Assembly (NCBI GenBank): GCA_903872075.1
Contig: CAIQJF010000004.1
Coordinates: 94,307-158,306 of the forward strand
DNA from: an uncultured Caulobacteraceae bacterium
Lineage (GTDB): Bacteria; Pseudomonadota; Alphaproteobacteria; Caulobacterales; Caulobacteraceae
Direction: 5' to 3'
DNA: 64,000 bases
The notes beneath the pieces were generated by a model, which saw only the letters and a program-made list of their open reading frames with translations, had not been told where the DNA came from and did not search any database. This document shows positions 45,481 through 55,101 of this stretch, piece after piece (position 1 is the first letter of the stretch; each line of letters starts with the position of its first letter). The position numbers and the translations under genes were made by a program.

Positions 45481-47261
45481 GTCAGCACCCCTTCGATACC
45501 GGAGCGCAACAGGCCTGAGAACCGCGATCCCGGATCGGCGGCGAGATCGGCCCGCGCCCCGAACTCCGCCACCTTGCCATGGTCGAGGATGAGAATGCGG
45601 TCGGCGCGGCGCACGGTGGCCAGCTTGTGGGCAATGATGATGGCGGTCCGCGGCGGCCGCGCCGGATCGGGGCGCAGCAACCGGTCCATGGCCTGTTCGA
45701 TCAGGCGGTCGGTGGCGGGATCGAGCCGCGATGAGGCCTCGTCCAGCACCACCAGGGACGGCTCACGCAGGAAGACCCGGGCAAAGGCCAGGAGCTGGGC
45801 TTCGCCGGCCGACAGACCACCGGCCGTGAGATCACTGTCCAGCCCGGCGGGCAGGCGGCTCAGCCAGGGACCAAGGCCGATCTCGTCCAGGACAGTCAGG
45901 ATGCGGGCGTCGGCGATCGCTGGATCGAACAGGGTGACGTTCTCACGCACCGAGGCTTCGAACAGCTGCACCTCCTGGGTGACCACGCCGATGCCGGCGC
46001 GAAGCTGGGCGAGCGTGGCCTGGCGGATGTCCTGTCCGCCGAGCAGGATCTCCCCCTCGCCGATCTCATAGAGGCGGAACAGCAGGCGGATCAGGGTAGT
46101 CTTGCCGCTGCCGGTGCGGCCGAGAAGGCCCAAAGTCTGGCCGGCGGCGAGGTCGAAGGAGACGTCCTGAAGCACCGGCCCGCGGCCCTCATAGGCGAAC
46201 GTCACATGGCGGAAGGCGAGGCCCGGCGGGCCGGACGGCCAGGCGACCCCCGTGCCGTCGGCGATGCGCGTGGAGATGGCCTGTATCCGTCGCACCCGGC
46301 CGAGTCCGGCCCCCGCCGACTGGAACTGCTGAAGTTGCATGCCGATCTGGGCCAGAGGATTGGCCATCATGCCGGTGTACTGGACGAACAGATAGACTGT
46401 GCCGAGCGACACCTGGCGGCTTTGGAAGAGCAGGATGCCGCCGATCAGGGAGATGCCCAGACCGATCGTATAGAGGGCGTTGATCGAAGTGTTCATCGCC
46501 AGGCCCATGCGCCCCGCCCGGCGGCCGGCGCGATTGAGGGCCACGGTCAGTTCGCCATGCCGGTCCATCACATGACTGGCGCCGCCATTGGCCCGGATGT
46601 CGTCGAGGCCGCCGAGGCGCTCCTCAAGGAAGCCGGCGACGTCCGAACGGGCCTGCCGCTCGGACGCCCAGCGCGGCGCGCCGATCTGGGTGGTGCGGCT
46701 TATGAGGAAGGCGGCCAGGATCGCGAACAGACCGAGCGCGAGGCCGATGCGCCAGTCCTGAAGCGTGATGAGGACAATGATGCCGGTGAGCAGCAGGGCG
46801 CTGCCCAGGATCTGCATGACAAACTGTGAGAAGAAGGTCGCCAGGGCGGTGACGTCGCCGTCCACGCGTTCGATCAGCTCTCCCGGCGTACGCGCGTTGT
46901 GGAATGTCAGGTCGAGGCCCAGCACATGGGCGGCCAGATCGCGGCGCAGGCGGTTGGTGGCAGTCCAGCCTACCTGTTCGCTGAACCAGGCCGCGCCGAC
47001 CTGGGCGCCCTGGGTGAGCAGGGCGGCGGCGATATAGACTCCAGCCAGCGCCCACAGCGAGGTCATGGGCAGGGCCGCGGGGCCCGGTGCGGCGTTGTCC
47101 ACGAAGCGCTTGAGGATCAGGGGTCCCAGCAGCTGCAGGCCGATGGCGGCGAGCAGGAACAGGCTGAGGATCGCCACCCGGCCCTTCTGCGGCCCCAGAT
47201 AGGCGGCCAGGGCGGCGCGGAAATCCAGGCGCGGGCGGGGAGACTCGGTCACGGTCTGCAC
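45477..47261 (-). CDS. ABC exporter half-transporter (TMD-NBD), degenerate signature
   Basis: GRTGSGKTT, LSAGE and LDEASS motifs; 4-bp overlap with its partner. Confidence 0.9.
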   Translation of the reverse strand: MQTVTESPRPRLDFRAALAAYLGPQKGRVAILSLFLLAAIGLQLLGPLILKRFVDNAAPGPAALPMTSLWALAGVYIAAALLTQGAQVGAAWFSEQVGWTATNRLRRDLAAHVLGLDLTFHNARTPGELIERVDGDVTALATFFSQFVMQILGSALLLTGIIVLITLQDWRIGLALGLFAILAAFLISRTTQIGAPRWASERQARSDVAGFLEERLGGLDDIRANGGASHVMDRHGELTVALNRAGRRAGRMGLAMNTSINALYTIGLGISLIGGILLFQSRQVSLGTVYLFVQYTGMMANPLAQIGMQLQQFQSAGAGLGRVRRIQAISTRIADGTGVAWPSGPPGLAFRHVTFAYEGRGPVLQDVSFDLAAGQTLGLLGRTGSGKTTLIRLLFRLYEIGEGEILLGGQDIRQATLAQLRAGIGVVTQEVQLFEASVRENVTLFDPAIADARILTVLDEIGLGPWLSRLPAGLDSDLTAGGLSAGEAQLLAFARVFLREPSLVVLDEASSRLDPATDRLIEQAMDRLLRPDPARPPRTAIIIAHKLATVRRADRILILDHGKVAEFGARADLAADPGSRFSGLLRSGIEGVLT

Positions 47262-47299
47262 TCTCGCGCGGCGGCGCGGTCAGGGCTAGAGTCCGCGGC

Positions 47300-47962
47300 A
47301 TGGCCGAACCCGATCACGCCCTGCCGGAACTGCCCGCCCAGGCCTTCCACAAACTCGACACCAGCGACGACGCCGACTTTTACGTCCAGGCCCGGCTGGT
47401 GACCCACATCGATGACGCGGCCCTGGCGGCCCTCACGGACTTCTACCGCCAGACCCTGCCGGCCGGCGGCGATCTGCTCGATCTGATGAGCAGCTGGGTG
47501 AGTCACCTGCCGCCCGAGGTCGCCTATGGCGCGGTGACCGGCCACGGGATGAACGCAGAGGAACTCGCGGCCAATCCGCGCCTGACGCGGCGGTTCGTGC
47601 AGGATATCAACCAGGACACCGCCCTGCCCCTGGCCGATGGGGTCTTCGACGGGGCGATGATCTGCGCCGGGGTGCAATATCTGCAACGGCCGGTGGCGGT
47701 GCTGTCCAACGTGGCGCGTGCGCTGAAACCCGGCGCGCCGCTGATCGTCAGCTTCTCCAACCGCTGTTTTCCGACAAAGGCGGTGGCGATCTGGCGCGGC
47801 CTGGACGGCGAGGGCCATGCGCGGCTGGTGGAACTCTACATGCACCGCGCCGGCTTCGATCACGTGGAGATCAGCGTCCTGGCCGACGGCCGGACGAGCG
47901 ATCCGATGACGGTGGTCGTTGGCCGGACAAGCGCCACCCCGGCTGCCGGCGCCCAAACCTAG
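47300..47962 (+). CDS. Class I SAM-dependent methyltransferase family protein
   Basis: DDADFY..ARLVTHID, LDLMSSWVSH and FSNRCFPTKA motifs. Confidence 0.85.
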   Translation: MAEPDHALPELPAQAFHKLDTSDDADFYVQARLVTHIDDAALAALTDFYRQTLPAGGDLLDLMSSWVSHLPPEVAYGAVTGHGMNAEELAANPRLTRRFVQDINQDTALPLADGVFDGAMICAGVQYLQRPVAVLSNVARALKPGAPLIVSFSNRCFPTKAVAIWRGLDGEGHARLVELYMHRAGFDHVEISVLADGRTSDPMTVVVGRTSATPAAGAQT

Positions 47963-48996
47963 AGGCCGCGCTCGGCAATCAGGCGGCAGGCGTAGGCGGA
48001 ACTGCGTTTGATGCCCGGAACCGCCAGCATATAGGTGTCCGAGGCGGCGTTGCCGTCGAGACCGCGCTTGTAGACGCCCTGGTTGATGGCGGCGATCCGG
48101 AACAGAATGAAGGCCAGATAGAAGGTCCAGTCAGCCGGCGGCGGGCGTCCGCTGGCGGCGAAGTAGAGATCGAACATCTCCTGCTGCGAGGGGATGCCCA
48201 GGGCGACGATATCGTCCTGGGAGGTATCCCCCATCTGGAACAGGGTGGCGAAGGCGACGTCGGCGTAGGGGTGACCGATCGTGGACAGTTCCCAGTCGAG
48301 TACCGCCGCGATGCGCGGCTCCGTGGGATGGGTCATGCAGTTGCGCAGCGAGGAATCGCCGTGGACGATGGTCACCTGATCGTCGGCCGGGATGTTGGCC
48401 GGCAGCCATTCCATGAGCCGGGTCATCTCGGGGATGTCCTCGGTCTGGGCGGCGATATAGCTGCGGGTCCAGCGGCTGATCTGACGCTCGTAATAGTTGC
48501 CGGGGCGGCCGAAACCGTCGCCAAGGCCCACGGCGGCGTAGTCCACCGCGTGCAGGCGCGCGAGCACCTTCATCTGATCCTCATAGAGCGCGCGACGCTC
48601 CGCCGGGGTCAGGTCGGGCAGCAGCGGATCGCCGAACACCCGGCCCTCCACGCAGTCCATGATGAAGAATTCCGTGCCGATGACCTCGGGATCCTCGCAG
48701 TGCAGCCGGGCGGTGGGCACAGGCACGCCTGAGCCGTCGAGCGCCTTGATGATGGTGTATTCGCGCCCGACCTGATGCGCGGAGGGCAGCAGGACTCCGG
48801 TCGGCTTCTTGCGCAGCACCCAGCGGCGGTCACCGGCCTCCAGCAGAAACGTCGGGTTGGACTGGCCGCCCTCGAACTGGCGCACGCGCAGGGGAGGTTC
48901 GAAATCGGGCAGCCGTCCGATGAGCCAGGCCTCCAGCCGGTCGGCGTCGAATCGGTGCGCCGGACGCATTTCTGTGACGACCGCTTCGCCGGTCAT
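47959..48996 (-). CDS. APH-family phosphotransferase (stand-alone ACAD10/11-type kinase domain)
   Basis: GGQSNPTF, LRKKP..LLPSAH.V.RE, HGD and LDWELST motifs. Confidence 0.9.
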   Translation of the reverse strand: MTGEAVVTEMRPAHRFDADRLEAWLIGRLPDFEPPLRVRQFEGGQSNPTFLLEAGDRRWVLRKKPTGVLLPSAHQVGREYTIIKALDGSGVPVPTARLHCEDPEVIGTEFFIMDCVEGRVFGDPLLPDLTPAERRALYEDQMKVLARLHAVDYAAVGLGDGFGRPGNYYERQISRWTRSYIAAQTEDIPEMTRLMEWLPANIPADDQVTIVHGDSSLRNCMTHPTEPRIAAVLDWELSTIGHPYADVAFATLFQMGDTSQDDIVALGIPSQQEMFDLYFAASGRPPPADWTFYLAFILFRIAAINQGVYKRGLDGNAASDTYMLAVPGIKRSSAYACRLIAERGL

Positions 48997-49121
48997 GGCC
49001 TAACTCCCTTGTTCTTGGCTTCCGCTTAGAATTCGGATCGCGGCCTGTCCATGGGCGCGAATTCCGTTTCACCTCGGGGCATGGGTCAGGCTAACGAGAA
49101 TAAAAACGGGAGGAGCACCGC

Positions 49122-50708
49122 ATGGCGGTTCTGACGACGGATCACGCGGCGGCGCGCGGCGATGAGATCGCCCTGATCGACGAGACCGGAGAGACCAGCT
49201 GGGCCGAACTCGACCGGCGGGTGAACCGGCTGGTGAACGGGCTGCGCGGCCTGGGGCTCGCCGCCGGCGACACCGTCGCCGTGGTGGCCGGCAACCGGCG
49301 CGAGTGGTTCGAAATCGCGCTCGCCTGCGCGCACGGCGGCTGGACCTATGTGCCCGCCAACTGGCACTGGGTCGCCGACGAGCTGGCCTATCTGATCGCC
49401 GACGCCGGGGCCAAGGCGGTGCTTTGCGATCACCGCTTCGCCGACACGGTGGCGCTGGCGCTCAATGACGCGCGCGCGCGGGACGTCATCGCGGTCGTCG
49501 GCATCGAGGACATCGACGGCGGCGGGCTGGGCGACCTGGCGGACGATCCGCGCCTCTCGCCATATGAGCCCCTGCTCGCCGCCGCGTCGGACGCCGAGCC
49601 CGCGGACCAGCGGCTCGGCGCGCCGATGTTCTACACCTCCGGCACGACCGGTCGCCCGAAGGGCGTGCGCGGCGCCCTTTCCGGCGCGACGCAACTTCCG
49701 CCGGACGTCATGAAGGCGGCCGCCGGGGGGATGGGCGCCATGGTTCCGCCCGGCAGCCGGGCGCTGCTCTGCGGCCCGTTCTATCACTCGGCCCAATGGG
49801 CCTTCACCTTCCTGCCCCTGGTGGGCGGCGCCTCGATCGTCATGCGGCACAAGTTCGACGCCGCCGAGACCCTGGCCGTGATCGACCGTGACCAGGTGAC
49901 CAACCTGCATCTGGTGCCGACCCAGATGAAGCGACTTCTGGACGCCCCGGCCGCGGCCAGGGCGGCCTTTGACGGATCGTCGCTGACATCAGTCTGGCAC
50001 GGGGCGGCGCCCTGCCCGCCGGTGGTGAAGCGCGAGCTGATCGCCTGGTGGGGGCCGAAGATCACCGAATATTACGGCTCCACCGAGGGCTCGATCATCT
50101 CGACCATCTCGGCGGAGGACTGGCTGGCCAAGGGCGGCAGCGTCGGCAAGCCCTTCCCTACGGTGGAAGTGATCGTCGTGGACGACACGGGCCGCAGGGT
50201 GGCCCAGGGCGAGGAAGGCGCGCTCTATTTCCGCAACACCTCGGGCATGGACTTCGCCTATCACAACGACCCGGACAAGACGGCGGCAGCCCATCTGGAG
50301 CCCGGCGTGTTCACCACCGGCGACGTCGGCAAGATCGACACGGACGGCTACCTTTGGCTCACTGACCGCAAGATCGACATGATCATCAGCGGCGGCGTGA
50401 ACATCTATCCCGCCGAGATCGAGGGCGTGCTGAACGAGCACGCCGCCGTGGCCGACGTGGCGGTGATCGGCGTGCCTGACGACGAGTTCGGCGAGAACGT
50501 GAAGGCCGTGGTGCAGCTGCGTGAGGGCGTCACCGCCTCCGTCGACCTGGAGGACGATCTGCGCGCCCACTGCCAGGCCAAGCTGGCCCGCTACAAGGCG
50601 CCCAAGAGTTTCGACTTCATCGACACCATCCCCCGCAGCGGGGCCGGCAAGATCCTCAAAGCCCCCCTGCGCGCACCCTATTGGGCCGGGCGCGACCGCC
50701 GGATCTGA
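49122..50708 (+). CDS. Acyl-CoA synthetase (AMP-binding)
   Basis: YTSGTTGRPKG, YYGSTEG and TTGDVG motifs. Confidence 0.9.
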   Translation: MAVLTTDHAAARGDEIALIDETGETSWAELDRRVNRLVNGLRGLGLAAGDTVAVVAGNRREWFEIALACAHGGWTYVPANWHWVADELAYLIADAGAKAVLCDHRFADTVALALNDARARDVIAVVGIEDIDGGGLGDLADDPRLSPYEPLLAAASDAEPADQRLGAPMFYTSGTTGRPKGVRGALSGATQLPPDVMKAAAGGMGAMVPPGSRALLCGPFYHSAQWAFTFLPLVGGASIVMRHKFDAAETLAVIDRDQVTNLHLVPTQMKRLLDAPAAARAAFDGSSLTSVWHGAAPCPPVVKRELIAWWGPKITEYYGSTEGSIISTISAEDWLAKGGSVGKPFPTVEVIVVDDTGRRVAQGEEGALYFRNTSGMDFAYHNDPDKTAAAHLEPGVFTTGDVGKIDTDGYLWLTDRKIDMIISGGVNIYPAEIEGVLNEHAAVADVAVIGVPDDEFGENVKAVVQLREGVTASVDLEDDLRAHCQAKLARYKAPKSFDFIDTIPRSGAGKILKAPLRAPYWAGRDRRI

Positions 50709-51461
50709 TCAGCTTCCGGCGCGCGCGGCGGCGCCGGCGCGGATCATCTGGATCTGGCCGCGCTCCTCGAGTTCGATGGCGGCGTCGAAGTTGGGGATCT
50801 CCAGGGTGGCGTCGAAGGTCCGCTTGGAGATGCGCAGGGCGTCCGGCGCGGCCTTGAGCATGTCGTCGGCAAGGCCCAGGCCATAGGCGAGAAGCTCCGC
50901 GTCGGGAACGACGGCGGAGACCAGACCTGTGGAGAGAGACTCCGCGGCGCGCAGGGGCCGGCTGGTGAGCAGCATCTCCCGAGCGCGGGAGAGGCCGATG
51001 GTCCGCTGCAACCGCCAGCTCACGCCCAGCTCGCTGGCCGAGAGGCCGATCTTGATGAAGGCCGGATGGAAGGCGGCGCTCTCGCCGGCGACGATGACGT
51101 CGGCCGCCAGGGCGATGGCCAGGCCCCCGCCCGCCGCCGCGCCATGCACCAGGCAGACGATGGGCTGAGGGCAACGGCGCATGGCGCGCAGCAGGTCGCG
51201 CAGGCCCCAGTCGCCGTTGGCGCCGTCACGCAGACGATCGGGCTGGCCGCCGGCCTTGAGGTCCGCGCCCGAGCAGAAGCCGCGGCCCGCGCCGATCAGC
51301 AGGATGACCCGGGTGTCGAGGTCGCGCCGCTTGGACTCGAAATAGGCCAGCAGGGTTTCGGCCAGGGGCTGGTTGAGGGCGTTCAGCCGGTCGGGGCGAT
51401 TTAGCGTGGCGATCTCGATCTCACCGCGCTTCTCGATGGTCAGGATGTCGGTGTCGGGCAT
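50709..51461 (-). CDS. Enoyl-CoA hydratase/isomerase family protein
   Basis: LNRPDRLNAL, FCSGADL and HGAAAGGG motifs. Confidence 0.9.
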   Translation of the reverse strand: MPDTDILTIEKRGEIEIATLNRPDRLNALNQPLAETLLAYFESKRRDLDTRVILLIGAGRGFCSGADLKAGGQPDRLRDGANGDWGLRDLLRAMRRCPQPIVCLVHGAAAGGGLAIALAADVIVAGESAAFHPAFIKIGLSASELGVSWRLQRTIGLSRAREMLLTSRPLRAAESLSTGLVSAVVPDAELLAYGLGLADDMLKAAPDALRISKRTFDATLEIPNFDAAIELEERGQIQMIRAGAAARAGS

Positions 51462-51500
51462 GGGGCGTCCTCGGGGTTTGTCGGTGTTTTCGGTTCGCTT

Positions 51501-51613
51501 GCGCCCCCTCCGTCACCTTCGGTGACACCTCCCCCGTTGCACGGGGGAGGAGACCAATCCTCCTCCCTTGCGCGGAGCGCGGAGGATGTGGCGCGAAGGG
51601 CCGGAGGGGGCGT
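51501..51613. repeat. REP-like palindromic element, two inverted units
   Basis: Same family; hairpin GTCACC-TTC-GGTGAC. Confidence 0.85.
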
Positions 51614-51618
51614 CGGCG

Positions 51619-52779
51619 TCAGTAACTTTTCGGCAGGTCCAGAACCTTCTCGGCGATGAAGCTCAGGATGAGCTGTTCGGTGATCGGGGCGATGCGGGTG
51701 ATGGCGACTTCGCGGTAGAGGCGTTCGACATGGTATTCCTTGGCGTAGCCGAAGCCGCCGTGGGTGGCGATGGCCTGCCAGGCGGCGTCGTGGCCGGCTC
51801 GGGCGGCGAGGAACTTGGCGCTGTTGGCCTCGGCCCCGCAGGGCTGGCCGTGGTCGTAGAGCCAGGCGCCGCGGAGAACCATCTGCCAGGCCGATTCCAG
51901 ATACATCCAGCGCTCGGCCAGGGGATGCTGGATGCCCTGGTTCTGGCCGATGGGCCGGTCGAACACCACCCGCTCGCGGGCGTAACGCGCCGCCCGGCCC
52001 AGGGCGTCCTGGCCGATGCCCACCGCCTCGGCGCCGATCAGGATGCGCTCGGGGTTGAGGCTGTGGAGGATGTAGGAGAAGCCCTTGCCCTCCTCGCCGA
52101 TGCGATCCTCGTCCGGCACGAACAGGCCGTCGATGAAGATGGCGTTCGAATCCACCGCCTTGCGGCCCATCTTGGGAATGCGGTGGACGTCGATCTTCGA
52201 TCGGTCGAGGTCAGTGTAGAAGATGGTGATGCCGTCGGTAGGCCGCGCACAGTCCTCGAACTTCGTCGTCCGGGTCAGGAGCATGATCTTGTTGGCCACC
52301 TGGGCGGTGGAGGTCCACACCTTCTGGCCGCGGACGATGTAGCCGCCCGGGACCTTCTCGGCGAAGGTCTTTATGCGCGTGGAGTTCAGCCCGGCGTCGG
52401 GCTCGGTGAAGCCGAAGGCGCACTGGTCCTCGCCCGCGATGAGCCGCGGCAGCCAGCGAGCCTTCTGATCGTCCGTCCCCTTCACCACGATGGGGTGCGG
52501 CCCGAACAGGTTGATGTGGACGGAAGAGGCCGCGGCCATGCCGCCGCCATGGCTGGCGACCTCGCGCATCATGATCGCCGCCTCGGTGACCCCCAGGCCG
52601 GCGCCGCCGTATGCCGGCGGCATGGTGATGCCGAGCCAGCCGGCGGCAGCCATGGCCTTGTGGAATTCGAAGGGGAACAGGCCGTCGTCGTCGCGGGCGT
52701 ACCAATAGTCGTCGTCGAAGCGGGTGACGACGGCGCGGACGCCCTCGCGCAGGGCCTCATGCTCCTCGACCGCGTCCAT
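51619..52779 (-). CDS. Acyl-CoA dehydrogenase
   Basis: FTEPDAG, GQKVW, LNPER and HGGFGY motifs. Confidence 0.9.
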   Translation of the reverse strand: MDAVEEHEALREGVRAVVTRFDDDYWYARDDDGLFPFEFHKAMAAAGWLGITMPPAYGGAGLGVTEAAIMMREVASHGGGMAAASSVHINLFGPHPIVVKGTDDQKARWLPRLIAGEDQCAFGFTEPDAGLNSTRIKTFAEKVPGGYIVRGQKVWTSTAQVANKIMLLTRTTKFEDCARPTDGITIFYTDLDRSKIDVHRIPKMGRKAVDSNAIFIDGLFVPDEDRIGEEGKGFSYILHSLNPERILIGAEAVGIGQDALGRAARYARERVVFDRPIGQNQGIQHPLAERWMYLESAWQMVLRGAWLYDHGQPCGAEANSAKFLAARAGHDAAWQAIATHGGFGYAKEYHVERLYREVAITRIAPITEQLILSFIAEKVLDLPKSY

Positions 52780-52857
52780 CCCTAGACCTCTCCCGCCGGT
52801 TCTTCTCTTGGCTCCCTTATTGAGGATCGCGGCGGGCCGGTCGAGAGGGCGCAGGCC

Positions 52858-53436
52858 TCAGGCCTCGCCGCCCTCGCGCCAGCCCTCGCGCGGCAGGCGC
52901 CGATAGACCCCGGCCTCCCGGGCCAGCATGTTGTGGCCGATCATCTCCCGGCGGAGGGTGGCGCAGTCCGAGTGGCGGGCCTGGATGATCGCGTTGACCT
53001 CGGATTCCGCATAGCGGCGGTCATCGGCGAAGTCGTTCATCAGCCAGCGCAGGACGGCCCCGCGCTTCTTGCGGGCCGCGGGGATGAGCTTCAGCTTGCC
53101 GTCGGCGTCCACGAAGGCCTTAAGCACCCGGTCGTCGCCCGTGGGCCCGGCGGCGGCCTCCGTGGCCCCGGGGTCCTTGGCTTCGAGAACGCGGCGGCTG
53201 AGCTGTTCCAGCGCCGCAATGTCGAGGGCGTGCCAGCGCAGGTTACCCTCGGCGCGCGCCGTGACCAGACCCTGGTTCTTGAGGACCCGCAGATGGTGGG
53301 ACACGGTCGGCTCCTTGAGATCCAGCGCCTCGGCCAGATCCTGGACGCTGTGCTCACGGCCGGCGAGCAGGCCGATGATCTTCAGGCGGCTCTCGTCGGC
53401 GAGGGCTTTGAAGAAGGCGAGGAGCGTGTCGGTCAT
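52858..53436 (-). CDS. ArsR-type HTH regulator fused to DUF2087
   Basis: KALADESRLKII...PTVSHHL HTH; C-terminal YAESEVN...DCATLRRE pattern. Confidence 0.85.
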   Translation of the reverse strand: MTDTLLAFFKALADESRLKIIGLLAGREHSVQDLAEALDLKEPTVSHHLRVLKNQGLVTARAEGNLRWHALDIAALEQLSRRVLEAKDPGATEAAAGPTGDDRVLKAFVDADGKLKLIPAARKKRGAVLRWLMNDFADDRRYAESEVNAIIQARHSDCATLRREMIGHNMLAREAGVYRRLPREGWREGGEA

Positions 53437-53448
53437 GGGCCTATCGAG

Positions 53449-53480
53449 TTCGATGTCTATCTAATTAGATATAGGTCGAA
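53449..53480. promoter_or_regulatory. ArsR-type operator dyad
   Basis: Perfect 14-bp TATCTAATTAGATA (53458-53471) with symmetric outer TTCGA/TCGAA arms. Confidence 0.7.
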
Positions 53481-53578
53481 ATAGATTGCGTTGCAAGCGA
53501 GTGCTGCCCTTGATCGGGATGCGCCGAGCGGCCAAAGCGTCCATCCACCCATTGCCGCCGCACGGCCAGGAGCGCGCC

Positions 53579-53962
53579 TTGACCCATCACACCTTCCCCG
53601 ACACCGGCGTGCCCGCCGCCTACGGCCCCTATTCCCATGCGGTGGAGGCGGGAGATTTCGTGTTCCTGGCCGGCCAGACGGCCCGGGACGGCGCCACGGG
53701 TCAGCTGATCGACGGCGACATCCTCGCCCAGACCCGGCGGAGCCTGGAGATCATCGAAGAAATCCTGGGGCGGCTCGACCTGACCCTGGCCCATGTGGTG
53801 CGGGCGACCGTCTATCTGGCCGACATCGCTGATTTCGCGGCCATGAACACGGTCTATTCGGCCATGATGCCGGCCCCCTACCCAGCCCGCAGCACCCCCG
53901 AAGCCCGCCTGCCCTTCGGCGCCAAGGTGAGCATCGAGGTCACGGCCTACCGCGGAAAGTAG
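53579..53962 (+). CDS. RidA/YjgF/UK114 family enamine deaminase
   Basis: TTG after AGGAG; GPYSHAV, FLAGQ, PARS and VSIE motifs. Confidence 0.9.
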   Translation: MTHHTFPDTGVPAAYGPYSHAVEAGDFVFLAGQTARDGATGQLIDGDILAQTRRSLEIIEEILGRLDLTLAHVVRATVYLADIADFAAMNTVYSAMMPAPYPARSTPEARLPFGAKVSIEVTAYRGK

Positions 53963-54035
53963 GACCTCGGTCGGTCCGGTCGTGGCGCGGAACCGCCGCG
54001 CACCCTATCTGCGGTTCTCAACACGGGAGGACATC

Positions 54036-54995
54036 ATGGCGGCAACATTCGGGGCGACCTCGACGACGGACGAGGTGCTGGCCGACATCGACCTCAAGGG
54101 CAAACGCATTCTGGTCACCGGCGCCTCCGCCGGGCTCGGCGTCGAGACTGCCCGGGCGCTCGCCGCCCACGGCGCCGAGGTGGTCGGCGCGGTGCGCGAC
54201 CTGGCCAAGGGCGAGAGCGCCACGGCGCCGGTCCGGGCCGGCGCCGCCAACGGCGGGAGCCTGGAGCTCGTTCAGCTCGATCTGGCTTCGCTCGCCAGCG
54301 TGCGCGCCTGCGCCGACGGGCTGAACAGGGCCGGCAAGCCCTTCGATGTGATCATCTGCAACGCCGGGGTCATGGCCTGTCCGAAGGGGACAACCACCGA
54401 CGGCTTCGAGACGCAGTTCGGCACCAACCACCTGGGCCACTTCGTGCTGGTCAACCGCATCGCCGGCCTGCTCAAGGACGGTGGGCGGCTGGTCAACCTG
54501 TCCTCGGCCGGCCATCGCTTCGCGGACGTGGACCTGGACGATCCCAATTTCGAGCGCACGCCCTACGCGGAGTTCGTGGCCTATGGCCGCTCGAAGACCG
54601 CCAATGTCCTGTTCGCCGTGGAGTTCGACCAGCGCCACAAGGCCCGGGGCGTGCGCGCCGCGGCGGTGCATCCGGGCGGCATCCAGACCGAACTCGGCCG
54701 GCACATGACGCCGGAGGTGATCAAACAGCTCATGGACAACATGGCCGCGACCCAGGCGGCGGGCGGCGCGGCGTTCCAGTGGAAGTCGATCCCGCAGGGC
54801 GCGGCGACCAGCGTGTGGACGGCGGTCGTCGCCGCGGCGGACGCGGTGGGTGGGCGCTACTGCGAAGATTGCCATGTGGCGGAGCTCCAGAACGATGCAG
54901 ACGCCCGGGAGGGCGTGCGCGGCTACGCCCTCGATCCCGCCCGCGCCGCGGCCCTGTGGGCGCTGAGCGAACGGCTGGTGGGCGAGCGGTTCTGA
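54036..54995 (+). CDS. SDR oxidoreductase (retinol dehydrogenase/WWOX-like)
   Basis: TGASAGLG, NAGVMA, FGTNHLGHF and YGRSK motifs. Confidence 0.9.
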   Translation: MAATFGATSTTDEVLADIDLKGKRILVTGASAGLGVETARALAAHGAEVVGAVRDLAKGESATAPVRAGAANGGSLELVQLDLASLASVRACADGLNRAGKPFDVIICNAGVMACPKGTTTDGFETQFGTNHLGHFVLVNRIAGLLKDGGRLVNLSSAGHRFADVDLDDPNFERTPYAEFVAYGRSKTANVLFAVEFDQRHKARGVRAAAVHPGGIQTELGRHMTPEVIKQLMDNMAATQAAGGAAFQWKSIPQGAATSVWTAVVAAADAVGGRYCEDCHVAELQNDADAREGVRGYALDPARAAALWALSERLVGERF

Positions 54996-55101
54996 CCCTT
55001 CGACGGCCGCGCGGCCCTGGACAAGGCGCCCCCGGGCGCGGCAATCGTGGGGACGAAGCGGTCGCACCTGAGACGGCCGCCCAACCCTTGAGGAAACCCG
55101 C

